The position numbers and the translations under genes were made by a program. DNA of 64,000 bases from Anaerolineales bacterium (GTDB taxonomy: Bacteria > Chloroflexota > Anaerolineae > Anaerolineales > UBA4823), in NCBI GenBank assembly GCA_046259385.1, contig JBJYWI010000083.1:8689-72688 (forward strand), given 5' to 3'. The notes beneath the pieces were generated by a model. The model was not told where the DNA came from and ran no database searches. It saw only the letters and a program-made list of their open reading frames with translations. Within the stretch, counting starts at the first letter, position 1, and every line of letters begins with the position of its first letter. Positions 22,321 through 30,108 of the stretch are shown in pieces.

Positions 22321-22360
22321 TGAATTATTGATAACTTTCAGAAAGATTGTAAGGATGCGT

Positions 22361-22606
22361 TTACGCCAGAGCCGCTCCTTCGGGAAGCATACCTTCGAAA
22401 ATAATCTCCAATGCCATCGTGTGGCTGCAGCGCTGCCGGCTCTGAAAGAACTCACAGTCACAGGACCATTCACTGTCCTGCAATTTGACGATATGGTCAT
22501 TATTTTGACCCATGAATGTAACCTGAAGAGAATCAATCCTGATACGGTCGCGCTGCTCAGCGTAACGCTTTGCTTTTTCTATTTTTCCAATCATTCCATA
22601 ATCCAT
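22361..22606 (-). CDS. Small SWIM-type zinc-finger protein
   Basis: 81 aa. CxC-x9-CxH signature (WSCDCEFFQSRQRCSHT). AAGGAG Shine-Dalgarno upstream and its own terminator downstream. Confidence 0.7.
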   Translation of the reverse strand: MDYGMIGKIEKAKRYAEQRDRIRIDSLQVTFMGQNNDHIVKLQDSEWSCDCEFFQSRQRCSHTMALEIIFEGMLPEGAALA

Positions 22607-22727
22607 CGATATTGATCTCCTTTCAATAGAATTTTTTTTATTGTTTCCAGGGTAACCTGCAGGACTAATCTCGCTGGAAATAAAGAATTCACCGGTTAAC
22701 CCTCTGGTGGACGACCTGACTATTTAG

Positions 22728-22758
22728 AAAAAAGGCACGCGCATCGCGTGCCTTTTTT
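22728..22758. terminator. Bidirectional intrinsic terminator (A6-GGCACGCG-cat-CGCGTGCC-T6)
   Basis: Perfect 8-bp GC-rich stem at 22734-22741 / 22745-22752, flanked by an A-run and a T-run. Lies 87 nt downstream of the minus-strand GNAT gene. Confidence 0.8.
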
Positions 22759-22844
22759 AGATGGTTGCAAGATCAGCTTTTAAGTTCAATCCTCGCAAGT
22801 TGGTTTCTCCAGCAAGATAAGTATACGCCCAGTTGGAGCGAAAG

Positions 22845-23810
22845 TCAATTCTTGAACCCGGAATCTGCCAGATTGAGTGACATCCATATCAGGGTTTGCT
22901 GTGGGAAGAATCCCGCAGACTGGATACCAGCTGCTGACTGCCCGGCTGGGTATTCCAACCGCAATGTCCGTACGGATTTCAACGATCTTTGAGCCGTGAT
23001 AAGCAGTGTCTGGACTGCCTGGTTATCGGCATCAACTGGAGCAGCAAGCCAGAGTGAATCGGCATACGAAGATGTAGATTGCCAGTACAGACCGGCAATT
23101 AAAACTTTGCCATGGCTGGCTGTCCACTGGCGGTTAAAAAATTTATGAAAGATTCGGATTAATGTCCCGTAAATTCCAGGGCGAAGTGCATTCTTGTACA
23201 GAGGTAGGTGCCAGGTTACCTCAGGGGGGTAATTGAGTTCTATCCACGCCAGCAGTTTACCCCATTGACCTGAGGATGGGGTACCAATTTCAACATCAGG
23301 GTCGCATGTACCTGTTTCTATCCCCGGTTCAGCGATCCAGGTGGTCCGGCGAGCTCTTTCCAGAAAACCAAGTGAACGGTAGAGCGCAATCGCCCTCTCA
23401 TTTTCCTCGCGAACATGGAGCCATATTTCCGGAGCGCCCCTTTCCCTGGCGTGATCCATTGACTTTTTGGTAAGCGCGCGGGCGATACCCCTCTGGCGGT
23501 AATCTGGGTGAACCGCGACATTGGCGATCAGATAGGATTGGCGGCTGTCGATCCGGTAAGGGATCAGGCTGGCATTGCCGATCATCCTGCCATCCTGTTC
23601 CCAAACATAACCGCTAAAAGGCATATTTGGAATTTCAAAATTCAATGCTGCCCAGTGTAAAAAACTTTTATTCTTGGCAGCTGAACGCATTCGTTCGATG
23701 TAGCGCTTCCCGTCCGGATCCAGAGTTTCTGCGAAACATGTTTCAACCAGATCCGCTACGGGACCCAGATCACGCTGTACATCAAAAGATCGCAGGTATA
23801 TATCACTCAT
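22845..23810 (-). CDS. GNAT-family N-acetyltransferase (two-lobed, 321 aa)
   Basis: Acetyl-CoA-binding motif VAVHPDYRQRGIARALTKKSMDHARERG ... NERAIALYRSLGF. Confidence 0.85.
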   Translation of the reverse strand: MSDIYLRSFDVQRDLGPVADLVETCFAETLDPDGKRYIERMRSAAKNKSFLHWAALNFEIPNMPFSGYVWEQDGRMIGNASLIPYRIDSRQSYLIANVAVHPDYRQRGIARALTKKSMDHARERGAPEIWLHVREENERAIALYRSLGFLERARRTTWIAEPGIETGTCDPDVEIGTPSSGQWGKLLAWIELNYPPEVTWHLPLYKNALRPGIYGTLIRIFHKFFNRQWTASHGKVLIAGLYWQSTSSYADSLWLAAPVDADNQAVQTLLITAQRSLKSVRTLRLEYPAGQSAAGIQSAGFFPQQTLIWMSLNLADSGFKN

Positions 23811-23855
23811 AACAAATTGTTTGGAATAAGCATCCCATCTTTACAGCCTGCCTGG

Positions 23856-24383
23856 TCAGGATATACGCGCGACTGCAGTCAAGCTAAGAATGATAATGGC
23901 AAAGATAAAATTAACAGCGATAAAAATGGTCACACGGTTGAACTCTGCCGAAAGATTATCTAGTAATTTTTCGAGAGCTGGACCGGGAGACAGGTGTGAC
24001 GCTTGCAGAAAGGACCGCCGTACTCTGGGGAGCAAAACCAGGCTGATATAAACCGACACAAGCGCTATCAGTAAAAAGAACAGGTGTTTGATCAGAATTG
24101 CAGACGACCAGCGGTTGTCGATTTCCAGGAACCCAATGTAATTGGGGTTGGCGCTCATCTGAAGCAGCCCAGTTCCAACCAGCACTGCCGCGCAGAACCA
24201 TCCTGCCGCTTCTAAACGGTGTACAATTTTCAGTTGAAGGTTAATTGTTTCAATATCTGGTTTTCTCAGGCTTGCGAGAGACGCCAGAGAAAAAAACATG
24301 ATAAAAATCCCGCCCACTGAGACCACAGTCGCGACCATATGCAGAAAATAGGTTAATGTCAGTCCCCAGTCGGGAGTGTTCAT
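23856..24383 (-). CDS. Integral membrane protein, 4-5 TM (possibly CopD-like; family uncertain)
   Basis: 175 aa hydrophobic ORF with conserved-looking His/Lys in the TM helices (YFLHMVA, IKHLFF). No confident family assignment. Confidence 0.55.
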   Translation of the reverse strand: MNTPDWGLTLTYFLHMVATVVSVGGIFIMFFSLASLASLRKPDIETINLQLKIVHRLEAAGWFCAAVLVGTGLLQMSANPNYIGFLEIDNRWSSAILIKHLFFLLIALVSVYISLVLLPRVRRSFLQASHLSPGPALEKLLDNLSAEFNRVTIFIAVNFIFAIIILSLTAVARIS

Positions 24384-24445
24384 GTGCTACAGGTTGATTA
24401 AGGGCGCATTTCCGGCGAATCGGTTATGAATGGATTATCTAAAAA

Positions 24446-25420
24446 TCAGGGCTGGTTCTGAGCCGGTTTGCCTTTTGTCAAGTTGCATTCATTTACCGCG
24501 TCGATAAACTCCTGTTCCAGGGTCGGGTCGTTATAAATCGACAGCACAGTTCTGAACTGCTCAGCGGCAGCCCCGCAGCTTCCAGTGCGGATCAGATAGT
24601 AACCCTGTTCGATCAATGCCTGTTTGTATCTTTCCCCGGCAGTCATCCCTGATCCATCCATCAGATTGGGCATATTCGGCGCGACCTGGCTGAAGTACTG
24701 GGCGGCTTGAATCCAATCTAGGTCCCAGAAACTGGCGCCAGTTATATATAAACCGGCGAATTTCTGAAAAGACTGCGCTTCAGCATCGAGCGGGCCAAAC
24801 CGTTCTGCCAGAGACAGATCATACAAACCACCCTCGAGATCATTTTCCAGGAGCATTTTATCCACACCCCGATTTCTAAGGGCCAGAAATAACATTCCAT
24901 CCACCTCAACTGGCCGGTAATCCGGATTTTCTTTACGCAGATTCAGCAATGTTTCAATCGTACCATTCCAATCGCTATTCGCCAACAGGCGTTCTGCCTG
25001 TTCGAATATCACTTCCTGGGTGCGAGTATCAGGCGTAGGCGTCATGGTTGGCGCGGCAACAGGCGTGGGTGTCGCGGTTGTATTCAATTCCAGCAAGACC
25101 AGCGTTAATTTATCGGTAACGCCGGGGTAGTTCGGATCTAACTGAATTACGTATTCAAAACGCTGGCGGGCGCGATCGTATGATCCCTGTTCAAAATCCT
25201 GGATCCCGAGCTCATACTGTTCCTGTACAACCTGCACTCTCTGGGTAGCTTCTGCATCCTGGCGGATTACCAATCCGGACCTGTATCCGCCAAATGCGCT
25301 CAGAGCTGCAATCCCAGCAAGGATCAACAATCCTATCAGGGTCATCCAGATCCAGCGGGTTCGTTTTGGCCTGGGGGATTCCTCAGCCTGCGTTTTATCC
25401 TGAATTTCTCGATCAATCAT
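24446..25420 (-). CDS. Single-pass membrane-anchored TPR-like protein
   Basis: 324 aa. Basic N-terminus (RPKRTRW), one TM helix, a Pro/Thr linker (TATPTPVAAPTMTPTPDT) and helical-repeat segments. Same layout as the ORFs at 42312 and 43757. Confidence 0.7.
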   Translation of the reverse strand: MIDREIQDKTQAEESPRPKRTRWIWMTLIGLLILAGIAALSAFGGYRSGLVIRQDAEATQRVQVVQEQYELGIQDFEQGSYDRARQRFEYVIQLDPNYPGVTDKLTLVLLELNTTATPTPVAAPTMTPTPDTRTQEVIFEQAERLLANSDWNGTIETLLNLRKENPDYRPVEVDGMLFLALRNRGVDKMLLENDLEGGLYDLSLAERFGPLDAEAQSFQKFAGLYITGASFWDLDWIQAAQYFSQVAPNMPNLMDGSGMTAGERYKQALIEQGYYLIRTGSCGAAAEQFRTVLSIYNDPTLEQEFIDAVNECNLTKGKPAQNQP

Positions 25421-25427
25421 GCGCCAA

Positions 25428-25433
25428 ATTATA
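25428..25433 (-). promoter_or_regulatory. -10 hexamer TATAAT, 7 nt upstream of ATG 25420
   Basis: The minus strand reads ggggTATAATttggcgcATG. No convincing -35 is present. Confidence 0.4.
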
Positions 25434-25532
25434 CCCCAGGCGCCGTTTGCGATCAGGGTGAAATTTCCCCGGCGAAATTGTTAGCTCTGATAAGGTCTGG
25501 TTGGTTCTCTATGCGCGAGAAATGCAGGCGTG

Positions 25533-25538
25533 TATAAT
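25533..25538 (+). promoter_or_regulatory. -10 hexamer TATAAT, 6 nt upstream of ATG 25545
   Basis: gcgtgTATAATcacaccATG. No convincing -35 is present. Confidence 0.4.
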
Positions 25539-25544
25539 CACACC

Positions 25545-25967
25545 ATGGAGGGTTTTAAATTTTTTCATCCGATCGAAATACGCTATGGAGACCTGGACCC
25601 CCAGGGCCATGTAAATAATGCAAAATTTTTTACGTACCTGGAACAAGCCCGGGTCAGCTATATAAAAAACCTGGCGTTATGGGACGGGCGTTCCTTTTTT
25701 AAGATCGGTTTTGTGCTGGCGGATGCCCAATTGACATTTAAAAAGGAAATACAGTTTGGTATGGCGGTGAGGGTTGGGGTTCGGGTCATCAGCATGAGGA
25801 ACAAGAGCATGATAATGGAATACATCATTGCGGACCAAGACGGGGTTCAGATATTTGCAACCGGCAAGACTGTTCTGGTCACTTATGATTACCAGACCGC
25901 AGCTACGATTCCGATTCCGGAGAACTGGCGCAGGGCGATAACAGATTTTGAGGGGCTGGTTTTATAA
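25545..25967 (+). CDS. Acyl-CoA thioesterase, 4HBT/YbgC-like hotdog fold
   Basis: IEIRYGDLDPQGHVNNAKFFTYLEQARV is a typical 4HBT N-terminus. The track ORF begins at GTG 25530, but ATG 25545 fits the -10 placement and the usual family N-terminus. Confidence 0.85.
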   Translation: MEGFKFFHPIEIRYGDLDPQGHVNNAKFFTYLEQARVSYIKNLALWDGRSFFKIGFVLADAQLTFKKEIQFGMAVRVGVRVISMRNKSMIMEYIIADQDGVQIFATGKTVLVTYDYQTAATIPIPENWRRAITDFEGLVL

Positions 25968-25987
25968 ATAGTGAATATTAAAACAGA

Positions 25988-27019
25988 ATGGAAATTGATG
26001 CGGTAATTTCACCAGCCGATTTGCTTGAAGTCCCGGGTATTGTAAAGGCGGCTGAAAAAAACGGTTTTGGAGCGGTCTGGACTCCTGAAACAATCCACAA
26101 TCCATTCCTTGTTTCACTGCTAGCGGCTGAACATACCAGGGCGATGAAGGTGGGCACAGCGGTAGCGATCTCGTTTGCGCGCAGCCCGACAACCATCGCT
26201 TACACAGCTTGGGACCTGGCGAAAGCGTCTCATGGGCGGTTTATTCTGGGTCTTGGGACTCAGGTCAAAGCCCATATTGAGCGAAGGTTCGGGATGGCCT
26301 GGCCGGAATCGGTTGTTACAAAGCTGCGCGAACAAATTTATGCTATCCGCTCATTGTGGAAAACCTGGCAGACCGGTGCACCGCTCAGATTCCGCGGGGA
26401 ATACTACAAGCTCGGATTGATGTCACCATTCTTCAACCCGGGACCAATTGAGCACCCTTCTATACCGGTTTATATTGCAGGCGTGAACCGGGGGCTTGCC
26501 AGATTGGCGGGGGAGGCGGCGGATGGTTTTCACATCCATCCGCTGCACAGTCGCGAGTACCTTGAAGAAGTCCTGCTGCCTTCTTTCAAAAGCGGTATCG
26601 CTCAAAGGGACAAGAACTTGGAAGACCTGACATTATCTGCCTCAGTGTTTGTCGTTACCTCAGAGGAAGAACGTCATTATGTCCGGTCTCAAATATCTTT
26701 TTACGCTTCTACCCCTTCATACCGATCTTTGATGGCGTTTCATGGTTGGGATGAACAGGCGCAAGAACTTTCCCGGCTGGCTTCTCGTGCGAAGTGGGAA
26801 CAGATGCCAGACCTGGTATCCGACCGCATGCTGGAGGCTTTTGCAGTCGATTGTGAAGAAAAAGATTTGCCAGATAAATTAAGGATTCGCTATAATGGTA
26901 TTGTAGAGCGCATTAACCTCTACAAACCTTATTACCCAGTTGAGAATAATGGTTTCTGGGAGCATTTGACCAGCCAGTTTAAAGCGATTGTACAGAACAA
27001 AAGCACGAAGGCAGGATGA
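25988..27019 (+). CDS. Luciferase-like monooxygenase (LLM) class, probable F420-dependent oxidoreductase
   Basis: 343 aa TIM-barrel LLM pattern (GFGAVWTPETIHNPF..., RFILGLGTQVKAHIERRFG, VYIAGVNRGLARLAGEAADGF). Cofactor assignment is inferred from family resemblance. Confidence 0.75.
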   Translation: MEIDAVISPADLLEVPGIVKAAEKNGFGAVWTPETIHNPFLVSLLAAEHTRAMKVGTAVAISFARSPTTIAYTAWDLAKASHGRFILGLGTQVKAHIERRFGMAWPESVVTKLREQIYAIRSLWKTWQTGAPLRFRGEYYKLGLMSPFFNPGPIEHPSIPVYIAGVNRGLARLAGEAADGFHIHPLHSREYLEEVLLPSFKSGIAQRDKNLEDLTLSASVFVVTSEEERHYVRSQISFYASTPSYRSLMAFHGWDEQAQELSRLASRAKWEQMPDLVSDRMLEAFAVDCEEKDLPDKLRIRYNGIVERINLYKPYYPVENNGFWEHLTSQFKAIVQNKSTKAG

Positions 27020-27032
27020 AGCGCAGCGGATT

Positions 27033-27686
27033 ATGGAACAGGGAGCGAATTATAAAGCCGAACGTTTGAGGATGGTTGATAACCAACTCAAGCGGCGGGA
27101 TATCAGGGACGAGTGTGTGCTGGATGTCATGGGCAAGGTGCCGCGGCACATGTTTGTGGGCAGCGATTATGTCGATATGGCTTACAGTGACGGACCGCTT
27201 CCGATCGGAAAAAGCCAGACAATCTCGCAGCCTTATATTGTCGCTCTAATGACCCAGCTTCTCGAGCTGAAGGGAGATGAAAAGGTGCTTGAAGTGGGAA
27301 CCGGGTCAGGTTATCAAGCGGCTGTGCTGTCATATCTGGCAAAGGAAGTGCACACGATTGAACGACATGAAGAACTGGCACGAGAAGCTGAGAATGTGTT
27401 AAGGAAACTTAGGATATTGAATGTGTACATCCATATCGGCGACGGCACCATCGGTCTGGAAGAAAAAGCGCCCTTTGATGGAATTCTTGTAACGGCGGCG
27501 GCTCCCAGTGCGCCTAAATCGCTTCTAGATCAGCTTGTTGACGGCGGTCGTCTGGTTATCCCGGTAGGAGGGAGAGGGGGGCAAATCCTGGAACGCTGGG
27601 TTCGATCCGGCGCCAAATATGAATGTGAAACGATTATACCCGTCGCATTTGTTCCGCTGCTTGGCCGCTATGGGTGGGATGAATGA
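27033..27686 (+). CDS. pcm: Protein-L-isoaspartate O-methyltransferase
   Basis: QTISQPYIVALMTQLLEL and SAM motif VLEVGTGSGYQAAVL. The track ORF starts at 26988 inside the preceding gene. ATG 27033 lies 13 nt after that gene's stop. Confidence 0.92.
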   Translation: MEQGANYKAERLRMVDNQLKRRDIRDECVLDVMGKVPRHMFVGSDYVDMAYSDGPLPIGKSQTISQPYIVALMTQLLELKGDEKVLEVGTGSGYQAAVLSYLAKEVHTIERHEELAREAENVLRKLRILNVYIHIGDGTIGLEEKAPFDGILVTAAAPSAPKSLLDQLVDGGRLVIPVGGRGGQILERWVRSGAKYECETIIPVAFVPLLGRYGWDE

Positions 27687-27777
27687 ACTTTGAGTTTCTC
27701 TGGTATATTCCATATTCATTCCGGTTTTTTCAACCCCGCGGCGGCATTCTGTTAGGGGTAAGTCAACAGGTGCAGGA

Positions 27778-29328
27778 TTGATCAGGTCTTCGTTTATCCC
27801 CCCCGAGAATTATACAAAAGAACAATTTCTATCTGACCTAGGAAATATTTGTTCATTCAAGGAAGGGGACCCGATATCGGTTAAACTGCAGATTTTCGAC
27901 ACTTTTGACTGGCGATTATTCAACAAGTCGCTTTCGCTTTACAGATTTGGAGATATGTCATATCTTTATCACTTGGGAGAAGGTTTGATTTTATGGAGCG
28001 GCAGGATTTCAGAAATCCCAGCCTTCGCGCAGGATTTTCCAGATGAGTCCTTGAGGGTACAACTTGAACCGGTTACCGGTATCCGCGCATTGTTCACAGC
28101 GCTAAGTGGGAGGATTGACTCTTATTCTTTCAGGGTTCTGAATAAAGACGATAAGACAACCACCCGGGTCCGATATGAGTCCTTCCATGGTGATGGAATG
28201 GAATCAGTACAGCCGTTTGTTTACATCAGGGTGATCCCGGTGCGCGGCTACCAATCCAGTTTTACCAGGACGGAAAAATTCTTTAAAGAACAGGGTTTTC
28301 TGGACGGGGCTAGAAGCAATTTGTATTCCGCTTTTATGGCTGCTGTAGGGAAAATACCGGGCGATTATTCATCAAGGCTGGATATCCAGCTTAGTGGGGA
28401 GATGCGCTCAGATGAGGCGCTCAGGATAATATTGCGCTATTTATTGAAGGTAATGCGTCAAAACGAACCGGGCATTAAAAGCGATATTGATACTGAATTC
28501 CTCCATGATTACCGGGTTTCAATCCGCCGCACAAGGTCCGCTCTCTCCCAGTTGAAAGGCGTGTTCCCCCCTGAAAGTACAGCCGGGTTCAGAGAAGATT
28601 TTGCCCGGTTTGGGGAACTGACCAATTCTCTCAGAGATCTGGATGTCTATTTGTTGAAAGAAGACCAATACAGGGAAATCCTTCCCCAGGAACTGAAAAA
28701 TGATCTGAATCCATTATTCATCTATCTGAAAGGAAAACACCAGAAAGAGCTGGCCTCGGTTACCCGTTTCCTTGAAACCGAAGAATACCGGGCTAGGATA
28801 ATGGATTACGAACATTTCTTAAACGAAACGATTGGTGAATCCCAGGATGCACCGTATGCACCCAAATCCGTTTATGACCTGGCTCACGAGAACATTTACG
28901 AGAGATATAAACGAGTATTAAAGAAAGGGCACGCTGCCAGAAGAAGCGCTGACGAGGATGAACTGCACCGCTTGAGAATTGAATGTAAAAAACTGCGTTA
29001 CTTGATTGAATTTTTTTCGAGTCTGTTCGATCCGGATGGGATCGCGCTTATTCTCAAACAGCTGCGCAGGCTACAGGACAATCTGGGAGATTTTAATGAT
29101 GTCGTTATTCAGATGGGATATCTGATGGATATCTCTCAAGAACTAGCTGGCGTTGATGAAACACAAACCCGGACACTGCTGGCGGTAGGCAGCTTAATTG
29201 GTTCACTTGAAAAAAAGAAGCAGGAATACAAAGGGCAGTTTAATAAGATTTACAATAAATTTGCTTCCCCGAAAAATAAGGGACTGTACAGCGAGCTATT
29301 TTCAAAGGATAGTGGGACAATATCTTAA
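27778..29328 (+). CDS. CHAD domain protein with N-terminal CYTH-like (apparently degenerate) domain
   Basis: 516 aa with a TTG start. The C-terminal ~300 aa carry CHAD-type helical His/Arg motifs (FLHDYRVSIRRTRSAL; ELHRLRIECKKLRYLIEFF). The N-terminal ~210 aa resemble CYTH (IFDTFDWRL...) but lack the ExExK signature. Confidence 0.8.
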   Translation: MIRSSFIPPENYTKEQFLSDLGNICSFKEGDPISVKLQIFDTFDWRLFNKSLSLYRFGDMSYLYHLGEGLILWSGRISEIPAFAQDFPDESLRVQLEPVTGIRALFTALSGRIDSYSFRVLNKDDKTTTRVRYESFHGDGMESVQPFVYIRVIPVRGYQSSFTRTEKFFKEQGFLDGARSNLYSAFMAAVGKIPGDYSSRLDIQLSGEMRSDEALRIILRYLLKVMRQNEPGIKSDIDTEFLHDYRVSIRRTRSALSQLKGVFPPESTAGFREDFARFGELTNSLRDLDVYLLKEDQYREILPQELKNDLNPLFIYLKGKHQKELASVTRFLETEEYRARIMDYEHFLNETIGESQDAPYAPKSVYDLAHENIYERYKRVLKKGHAARRSADEDELHRLRIECKKLRYLIEFFSSLFDPDGIALILKQLRRLQDNLGDFNDVVIQMGYLMDISQELAGVDETQTRTLLAVGSLIGSLEKKKQEYKGQFNKIYNKFASPKNKGLYSELFSKDSGTIS

Positions 29329-30077
29329 TGACCATCCTGGCGATATACAGCAATAAAGGCGGGGTCGGCAAGACGGTGACGGCCGTCAATTTGTCATACC
29401 TGGCTTCGTGTTCGGGGTACAAGACTCTGATATGTGACCTTGATCCCCAGAGCTCAGCAACCTTTTTTTTCCGGATAAAACCAAAATTTAAAGCTGGACC
29501 CCGGGGATTTGCAAAAGGAGGGAAACGAATCCGGAGGAGCATTAAAGGGACCGATTTTGATAATCTCGACCTGCTACCAGCAGATTTTACACATAGGAAC
29601 CTGGACATTACATTTGTGCGTTTGAGGCGTTCGAAGCAACGGTTGAAAAGGGTGCTGAGACCGCTTGAAAACGATTATGATCTGATCATTCTGGACTGTC
29701 TGCCGACTATAAACATTATCGCCGAGAATATATTTAACGCCTCCGACTTCTTGCTTGTGCCGTTGACGCCTACCACGCTGGCAGTAAGGACTCACCGCCA
29801 GTTTGTAAAATTCTCAAAAGACAGAGGCTATAATCCAGTTTCGATACTGACTTTTATATCGATGGTAAATTCGTTTAAGCGCGCTGATGAAGAAATTGTC
29901 AGAGGTATTTGCGAAGAATTCGATGGGGTTTTGGACAGCATGATCCCTTACCTGTCACTGGTGGGTAAAATGGGGGTTGAGCGTCAGCCTCTGCCAGCCT
30001 TTGCACCAATTTCGGCTGCTGCTTACTGTTACCGTAACCTGTGGAATGAGGTTGAGGGAAAGATCATTCAACCGTAA
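29328..30077 (+). CDS. Orphan ParA/MinD-family P-loop ATPase
   Basis: 249 aa. Deviant Walker A SNKGGVGKT, A' LICDLDPQ and Walker B DLIILDCLP. The ATG shares one base with the CHAD stop (TAATG). Confidence 0.9.
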   Translation: MTILAIYSNKGGVGKTVTAVNLSYLASCSGYKTLICDLDPQSSATFFFRIKPKFKAGPRGFAKGGKRIRRSIKGTDFDNLDLLPADFTHRNLDITFVRLRRSKQRLKRVLRPLENDYDLIILDCLPTINIIAENIFNASDFLLVPLTPTTLAVRTHRQFVKFSKDRGYNPVSILTFISMVNSFKRADEEIVRGICEEFDGVLDSMIPYLSLVGKMGVERQPLPAFAPISAAAYCYRNLWNEVEGKIIQP

Positions 30078-30108
30078 AAATTTACAAGAGGAATAAAAGT
30101 AACTGGAA

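Noticed and set aside
22168-22360. A search for a LexA/SOS box (GAAC-N4-GTTC type) upstream of the GT2-dnaE unit, to support the DnaE2 idea.
   Set aside because: Only an isolated GAAC (agaacacct) is present, with no partner half-site, so there is no support for SOS control from sequence. The 22-nt GT2-dnaE spacer also has none.
29328-30077. Interpreting the ParA-like gene as the chromosomal partition ATPase Soj.
   Set aside because: There is no adjacent parB/spo0J, no parS-like repeat and no origin-region neighbours (dnaA, dnaN, rsmG). Instead it is start/stop-coupled to a CHAD protein, so it is treated as an orphan cargo-type ParA. Phylogeny is needed to be sure.
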